From Clostridiales bacterium (GTDB lineage Bacteria > Bacillota > Peptococcia > DRI-13 > UBA5745): 64,000 nt of DNA. The stretch's first letter is position 1. Each line of letters opens with the position of its first letter. The notes under the pieces were generated by a model, which was not told the DNA's origin, made no database searches, and saw only the letters and a list, made by a program, of their open reading frames with translations. Location of the stretch: NCBI GenBank assembly GCA_009782505.1, contig WRIW01000004.1:25123-89122 (forward strand). Direction: 5' to 3'. Positions 58,194 through 64,000 of this stretch are shown in pieces. The translations under genes were made by a program, and so were the position numbers.

Positions 58194-59438
58194 ATGAAGG
58201 ATATACAATTATATAAGGCGAAGCTTATCTTCGAAAGGCAAAAGCTGGACAATATAACGGGGGCCGTACTCCGGGAGCTTGAGTCTTCGGCGGTCGTCAT
58301 CCCGGAAGGCGGCGAGATCGCCATCGCCACAGGCAGCCGGGGCATAGCGAATATCGCGGTCATCGTGAGAGCCGTGTGTGATTTCGTCAAGTCTAAGGGC
58401 GGCAGGCCCTTTATCGTACCGGCTATGGGCAGCCACGGCGGCGCCACCGCGGCCGGGCAGGCGGCCATACTCGCCGGATACGGGATCACCGAAGAAAGCA
58501 TGGGGGCGCCGGTACACTCCGGTATGGAGGTCGTGGAGCTGGACAACTCAGGCCTGCAAAACCGCGTCTACATGGACAAACACGCCTGGCAGTCCGACGG
58601 CGTCATCCTAGTGAATAGGGTCAAGCCCCACACGGACTTCTCCGGGGAGATCGAAAGCGGCCTGGTCAAGATGAGCGTGATCGGCCTTGGCAAGCATAAA
58701 CTGGCTCTGGAGATACACAGCTTTACCGCCTGGGGGCTGGCGAACTTGTTGATCCCCACCGCTCAGCGGATATTGGAGCAAAACAAGATACTGCTAGGCC
58801 TGGCCGTAGTGGAGAACGCCTACGACGAGACAGCGCTGGTACGCGCTTTACCGCCGGAAAACCTCATCGAGGAAGAAAAGAAGCTGCTGAAGACGGCCCG
58901 GGCCTGGATGCCCGCGTTGCCCGCCGAAGAAATCGACGTCCTGATGGTGGACTATATCGGAAAAAATATCTCCGGCTGCGGGATGGACACCAACATCATC
59001 GGGCGCATGATGATCGACGAGCTGGAAGATAAGCCCAAACCGAAAATCAAGCATATCATCATCGACGATCTCACCGAGGCCTCCCATGGTAATGCCTGTG
59101 GCTTCGGGCTGGCGGACTTCATGACGAAAAAGCTCTATGGCAAGATCGACTTTCAGGCTACCTATGAAAACATCCTCACCTCTACATTTATCCTAAGGGG
59201 AAAGCTCCCCATGATCGCGGATCATGCCCGGCAGGCTATGGACTGGAGCTTCCGCGCCCGGGGCAGGCTTGATCCGGAGAAGGCCCGCGTCATCCGCATC
59301 GAAAACACCCTCCATCTGGGCGAGGTGCTTCTATCTAAGGCTTTAGCGGATGAGCTTGGCGGCGACGGCAGGATACAAATCGAGGATACGCCCCGCGCCT
59401 TATTCAATGAGGACGGCAGCCTGGCGCCCTGGGGCTGA
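58194..59438 (+). CDS. LarA-N/DUF362-like (lactate racemase domain) protein
   Basis: ATGSRGIANI, PAMGSHGGATA, NRVKPHTDF, ESGLVKM, GKNISGCGMDTNIIGR, SHGNA. Confidence 0.8.
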   Translation: MKDIQLYKAKLIFERQKLDNITGAVLRELESSAVVIPEGGEIAIATGSRGIANIAVIVRAVCDFVKSKGGRPFIVPAMGSHGGATAAGQAAILAGYGITEESMGAPVHSGMEVVELDNSGLQNRVYMDKHAWQSDGVILVNRVKPHTDFSGEIESGLVKMSVIGLGKHKLALEIHSFTAWGLANLLIPTAQRILEQNKILLGLAVVENAYDETALVRALPPENLIEEEKKLLKTARAWMPALPAEEIDVLMVDYIGKNISGCGMDTNIIGRMMIDELEDKPKPKIKHIIIDDLTEASHGNACGFGLADFMTKKLYGKIDFQATYENILTSTFILRGKLPMIADHARQAMDWSFRARGRLDPEKARVIRIENTLHLGEVLLSKALADELGGDGRIQIEDTPRALFNEDGSLAPWG

Positions 59439-59526
59439 GACGCGGCCTACCGCGAGACCGGGTATGGGGCGGCGCCCCGCCGGGCGTCGCGTGAGCAGAC
59501 CCGTATTACGATCAAGGAGGATTTTC

Positions 59527-60297
59527 ATGAGCATCTTAGACAGCTTCTCCCTGGCGGGAAAAAGCGCCCTGGTCACGGGCGCGTCCAACGACGCGGGCTT
59601 GTGCTACGGAATGGCAATCGCTTTACGGGAAGCGGGAGCGAGGGTGGCTATCGCGGACATCTCGCCGGAGGTGCATAAGCTGGCAGATTCCCTGGGCGGC
59701 GCGTCGGCGGGATACTACTCCATCCAATGCGACCTCTGCGACGAGGGCTCCCTGGCGGGCGCCTTCGCGAATGCTCAGGATATATTTGGCGGAGGGCTGG
59801 ATATATTGCTAAACGGAGCGGGACTGCAGTACCGCAACGAAGCCCTGACCTATCCGGCGGACAAGTGGCGGCAGATCATCGACGTGAATCTCAATGCCAT
59901 GTTTTTTGCCAGCCAGGCGGCGGCAAAGATAATGATCCCGCAAGGCAAAGGCAAAATCATCAACGTCGCCTCCCTTTGCTCCTTTTTTGGAAGCAAAAAC
60001 ATTCCCGCCTACGCGGCGAGCAAAGGCGGCGTGATGCAGCTGACCAAAGCCCTCTCCAACGAGTGGTGCGCCCAGGGGATCAACGTCAACGCCATCGCCC
60101 CCGGGTACATGAAGACAAAACTCACGGAAAACCTCGTCGATACCGAGCTGGGCAGGACGCATACCGGCCGTATCCCCGCGGGCAGATGGGGGGAAAGCAA
60201 GGACCTGATGGGCGTCGTCGTCTTTCTGGCAAGCGGGGCTTCCGACTATATCAGCGGCGCCATCATACCGGTGGACGGCGGTTATCTTGGATTTTAA
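59527..60297 (+). CDS. SDR, gluconate 5-dehydrogenase/KduD-like
   Basis: FSLAGKSALVTG, YAASK, NEW, NAIAPGY, RIPAGRWG, VDGG; start after AGGAGG. Confidence 0.88.
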   Translation: MSILDSFSLAGKSALVTGASNDAGLCYGMAIALREAGARVAIADISPEVHKLADSLGGASAGYYSIQCDLCDEGSLAGAFANAQDIFGGGLDILLNGAGLQYRNEALTYPADKWRQIIDVNLNAMFFASQAAAKIMIPQGKGKIINVASLCSFFGSKNIPAYAASKGGVMQLTKALSNEWCAQGINVNAIAPGYMKTKLTENLVDTELGRTHTGRIPAGRWGESKDLMGVVVFLASGASDYISGAIIPVDGGYLGF

Positions 60298-60311
60298 GGA
60301 GGGACATCATC

Positions 60312-61190
60312 ATGCAAGGGGTTGATACCAAAGGCGGAGCCGGCGTAGAAGCCATGCGGAGGCTCAGCGCCGACATCCGGATCGAAACCATACGCGCCCT
60401 GGCTGAGGCGGGCTTCGGCCACATCGGCGGGTCGGCGTCCATAGCGGATGTATTGGGCGTCCTATACGGCGGCGTCATGCGGATAGACCCGGCGAATCCC
60501 GGATGGGCGGAGCGGGACTGGCTGGTCCTGTCCAAAGGGCATTGCGGACCGGCGCTCTACGCCGCGCTGGCTCTCAAAGGCTTCTTTCCCATGGACTGGC
60601 TCAAGACGGTGAATAAGGGCGGCACGCGCCTGCCCAGCCACGCCGACAGGAGGAAGACCCCCGGCGTGGATATGTCCACCGGTTCCCTGGGGCAGGGGAT
60701 ATCGGCGGCGGTAGGCATAGCCCTAGGGAATAAGACGAAAGGCTTCGATAACTATACTTACTGCATAGTCGGCGACGGGGAGCTCAACGAAGGCCAGATA
60801 TGGGAAGCTGCCCAATCTGCTAATACATTCGGGCTGGATCGCTTCATCCTTTTTGTGGACTGGAACAAGAAGCAGCTGGACGGGGAGCTGGACTATGTCA
60901 GCCCGCCCCTGGATATCCGCGGGAAATTCGAATCCTTCGGTTTCCAATCCCAAACGGTAAAAGGTTATGACGCCGAAGCGATCTATACCGCGATATGCAG
61001 GGCGAAGGAGGAGACAGGCAAACCTTCGGTGATCATCCTGGATACGCTTAAGGGGCTCGGCGTGAGCTTTGCCGAGCGGGAATCGTTCAATCATTATATG
61101 ACGATAGACGAGGGTATGGCGAAAGAAGGGATCGAAGAGATCGAGCGGCGCTACGCCGCCGGTACTTATCCGGGAGGTGACTTGCTATGA
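60312..61190 (+). CDS. Transketolase, N-terminal (TPP-binding) subunit
   Basis: GHIGG, LSKGH, STGSLGQG, GDGELNEGQIWE; start after AGGAGG. Confidence 0.92.
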   Translation: MQGVDTKGGAGVEAMRRLSADIRIETIRALAEAGFGHIGGSASIADVLGVLYGGVMRIDPANPGWAERDWLVLSKGHCGPALYAALALKGFFPMDWLKTVNKGGTRLPSHADRRKTPGVDMSTGSLGQGISAAVGIALGNKTKGFDNYTYCIVGDGELNEGQIWEAAQSANTFGLDRFILFVDWNKKQLDGELDYVSPPLDIRGKFESFGFQSQTVKGYDAEAIYTAICRAKEETGKPSVIILDTLKGLGVSFAERESFNHYMTIDEGMAKEGIEEIERRYAAGTYPGGDLL

Positions 61191-62164
61191 GCGGTATAAC
61201 AAAAACTCTGGACAGCCATCCCATGAGTAAAGACGAAATGCGCACCGCCTATGTCAACGCGTTGATCCGGGCCGCCCGGGAGGACGACAAGGTCGTATCC
61301 GTCAACTGCGACCTGAGCAGTTCCACAGGTACCGTACCCTTTGCCAATGAGTTCCCCGGCCGCTCCTTCAATGTGGGTATTGCCGAAGCCAACGGCTGCG
61401 GCGTGGCGGCGGGCCTATCCGCCGTGGGGTTTATCCCTTTCTACCATTCTTTCGCCGTGTTTTCCTCTCGCAGGATATGCGACCAGGTCTTTCAGTCCTG
61501 TGCCTACGCCGGCTTGAATGTGAAGATCATGGGCTGCGACGCCGGGGTCAGCGCCACGTACAACGGCGGGACCCACATGTCCTTCGAAGACGTGGGGGTG
61601 CTGCGCTCCATCCCGGAGATCACCATCGTGGAGCCGTCGGATACGGTCATGATGGGCGCCCTCGTCCCCCTCATTAAGGAAATCTACGGCGTGGTGTATA
61701 TGCGTTCCCCCAGAAAGCAGATACCGGACGTCTATCCTGCCGGCGCGTCCTTTGCCCTCGGGAAAGCGGCCTTGCTCCGGGAAGGCGCCGACGTAGCCCT
61801 GATCGCGTCGGGTATGACGGTGGTCAACGCCCTGGCCGCCGCCGATATGCTGGCAGCCGACGGGATCGGCGCCAGGGTAGTGGATATGTTTACCATAAAG
61901 CCCATCGACAGGGCCTGCGTCGTGGAGTGCGCCGAGTGTACGGGTGCCATCGTCACGGCGGAGAATCACAATATCATCGGCGGCTTGGGTTCCGCAGTGG
62001 CGGAAGTGTTGGCTGAAGAACGCCCGACGCCTATGAGCCGGGTGGGTATACGGGACAGCTTCGGCGAAGTCGGCACGCAGGATTACCTCATGGAGAAGTT
62101 CGGGCTTACGCCGGAAGAGATTTACCGTAAAGCAAAAGAAGTGATCAAGCGCAAAAAGGCGTAG
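61187..62164 (+). CDS. Transketolase, C-terminal subunit
   Basis: VGIAEAN, NGGTHM, TIKPID, ENHNIIGGLGSAV. Confidence 0.92.
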   Translation: MSGITKTLDSHPMSKDEMRTAYVNALIRAAREDDKVVSVNCDLSSSTGTVPFANEFPGRSFNVGIAEANGCGVAAGLSAVGFIPFYHSFAVFSSRRICDQVFQSCAYAGLNVKIMGCDAGVSATYNGGTHMSFEDVGVLRSIPEITIVEPSDTVMMGALVPLIKEIYGVVYMRSPRKQIPDVYPAGASFALGKAALLREGADVALIASGMTVVNALAAADMLAADGIGARVVDMFTIKPIDRACVVECAECTGAIVTAENHNIIGGLGSAVAEVLAEERPTPMSRVGIRDSFGEVGTQDYLMEKFGLTPEEIYRKAKEVIKRKKA

Positions 62165-62202
62165 GCTGGATATACGCGTCAATCAATAAGGAGGCATGTT
62201 AT

Positions 62203-63438
62203 ATGAAAGGCAACTGCATCATCGCCCAGTCCGGCGGGCCCACATCGGCTATCAACGCGTCCCTCTGCGGGGCTTTTCTGGAAATGTCGGTCAACGGGGA
62301 TATCGGGAAGATCTACGGGGGGATAAACGGCATACAAGGCATCCTTGAGGAAAAGCTGCTGGATCTCCGCCCCATACTGAACTCGGACAATCAGATCAAG
62401 CTGCTGAGGCAGACCCCCGCGGCTTCGCTGGGTTCCTGCCGCTTCAAGCTGAAGTCTCCTGAGGAGCGCCCGGAGGAGTACGCGAAGATTTTCCAGATAT
62501 TCGAGAAATACGATATCCGGTATTTTATTTACATCGGCGGCAACGATTCCATGGATACAGTGTACAGGCTCGGCGAGTACGCGAAGGTCCAAAACCGGGA
62601 AATGATCTTCATGGGCGTGCCGAAAACCATCGACAACGACCTTGTGGGCACGGACCACACCCCGGGGTTCGGGAGCTGCGCGAAGTATGTGGCGACCACG
62701 GTGCAGGAAGTCGCCCAGGACAATATGGTGTACGACATGGACTGCGCCGTGATCATCGAGGTGATGGGCCGGGACGCCGGATGGATATCTCTGGCGGCTT
62801 CACTGGCGCGAGACAAGGAAAACCAGGCTCAATGCGACCTGATCTACTCGCCGGAGACCCCCTTCAGCACAGAAAGATTCATGCGCGACCTGGCGGCTGT
62901 ACGCGCGCAGAAGAAGCAGGCCCTGGTCATCGTATCGGAAGGCATCCGGGACGATCAGGGGAAATACCTCTCCGACACGGGCATCACCGACTCCTTCGGG
63001 CATCAGCTATTGGGCGGGGCCGGCTCAGTACTCGCCGACCTTGTACGGAGGGAGCTTGGCATCAAAGTACGCTCTATCGAACTAAGCCTGCTGCAGAGAT
63101 GCGCCGCCCACTACACCTCCGCCACCGACCTGCGGGAGAGCGAGGAGCTGGGCAGGTTCGCCGCGAAGGGCGCCCTGGGCGGGCTCACGGGTAAGATGGC
63201 CGCCATCCGGCGCCTTTCGGACGATCCGTATCAGACAGAGTATGTATATGCCGACGTATCCGAGGTCGCCAACGCGGTAAAGACCGTGCCGGCGGAATAC
63301 TTCAACGCCGCCAGGAACCATGCTTCCTATAGAGGGCTGCAGTATCTGGTGCCCCTCATCACCGGCTCAAACGAGATCCTGCTGGAACACGGGCTGCCCA
63401 TCTATCTGAACCTGGCTTCGATGTACACACACCGCTAG
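62203..63438 (+). CDS. 6-phosphofructokinase, likely PPi-dependent
   Basis: AQSGGPT, GGNDS, PKTIDNDL, EVMGR. Confidence 0.9.
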   Translation: MKGNCIIAQSGGPTSAINASLCGAFLEMSVNGDIGKIYGGINGIQGILEEKLLDLRPILNSDNQIKLLRQTPAASLGSCRFKLKSPEERPEEYAKIFQIFEKYDIRYFIYIGGNDSMDTVYRLGEYAKVQNREMIFMGVPKTIDNDLVGTDHTPGFGSCAKYVATTVQEVAQDNMVYDMDCAVIIEVMGRDAGWISLAASLARDKENQAQCDLIYSPETPFSTERFMRDLAAVRAQKKQALVIVSEGIRDDQGKYLSDTGITDSFGHQLLGGAGSVLADLVRRELGIKVRSIELSLLQRCAAHYTSATDLRESEELGRFAAKGALGGLTGKMAAIRRLSDDPYQTEYVYADVSEVANAVKTVPAEYFNAARNHASYRGLQYLVPLITGSNEILLEHGLPIYLNLASMYTHR

Positions 63439-63443
63439 AGATA

Positions 63444-63460
63444 AGAACCGTCCCCTTTGT
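63444..63460. repeat. REP-like motif AGAACCGTCCCC
   Basis: Same motif as at ~5705, here between convergent genes. Confidence 0.45.
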
Positions 63461-63468
63461 GTTCCTTT

Positions 63469-63999
63469 TCAGTCGAAATTCAGATAAGCCGCTTTGTGGA
63501 TGGCGGGTATCTCCTGGAGCAGGGCAAGGACAGAATCATCCACCACATTATCCACCGTGAGGATCATCAGGGATACCCCGCCCTGCTCCCGGCGGCCGAG
63601 CTGCATACCGGCGATGTTGACGTCATGGTCGCCCAGCACCATGCCCACCTGCCCCACGACCTTTGGCTGGTCCTTATGGGGCGCCAGCACCAGATGGCCC
63701 TCCGGGCGTATATCCAGAGGATAATCATCGATCTCCACGATGTGGAGGTCGTTGTTTTGAAATACCGTTCCCGCGAACTGATGGCTCCAGTTCCCGCCTT
63801 TGATGGTCACCAGCATCTTATTCGTATAGTCCCCCGCTTCGTCGCTTTGGGCGAAGGATACGTTGATCCCCCTCTCCTTGGCGATCACCGGCGCGTTCAC
63901 ATAGTTGACCGCGTCGTCGAGCATGGGCCGCAGCAAGCCTTTTAAGTAAGAGTTGACTAAAGGCTGCAGATCTAGATTCTTGAAATCCCCCACAAACCG
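63469..63999 (-). CDS. serA: D-3-phosphoglycerate dehydrogenase, C-terminal ASB + ACT domains (5' part outside window)
   Basis: VNYVNAPVIAKERGI, DQPKVVGQVG, VNIAGMQLGR. Confidence 0.9.
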   Translation of the reverse strand, partial: RFVGDFKNLDLQPLVNSYLKGLLRPMLDDAVNYVNAPVIAKERGINVSFAQSDEAGDYTNKMLVTIKGGNWSHQFAGTVFQNNDLHIVEIDDYPLDIRPEGHLVLAPHKDQPKVVGQVGMVLGDHDVNIAGMQLGRREQGGVSLMILTVDNVVDDSVLALLQEIPAIHKAAYLNFD

Positions 64000-64000
64000 G

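Noticed and set aside
59727-60311. 487-aa transketolase with a long N-terminal extension
   Set aside because: The extension overlaps the SDR in another frame; an RBS and ATG at 60312 give a normal subunit.

Overview
GC-rich chromosomal region of an anaerobic Firmicute (Clostridia-like), mostly metabolic. It contains: a Mo-type aldehyde oxidoreductase with a radical-SAM/methyltransferase/ligase/CxxC accessory cluster; three tungsten-type aldehyde:ferredoxin oxidoreductases, each next to its own MoaD; serS, a DnaA-box cluster and tRNA-Ser(TGA), followed by an AT-richer AAA-ATPase/PD-(D/E)xK islet; a choline uptake/activation pair; two ABC exporter operons, one with a two-component system; a corrinoid O-demethylase module with three paralogous methyltransferases, an orphan BzdO-like subunit and a CoA transferase; and a sugar-acid operon with a split transketolase. 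No CRISPR array, rRNA, transposase or phage genes were seen. The most unusual signal is a non-coding element present twice (~23.2-23.46 kb minus, ~26.6-26.83 kb plus). The copies share TGTYTGRC...GTCAGACA-type ends, long pairing arms and a two-hairpin core whose stems differ in sequence yet pair fully, with conserved C-ASGAY-G loops. All calls come from reading motifs by eye; no database searches were run.
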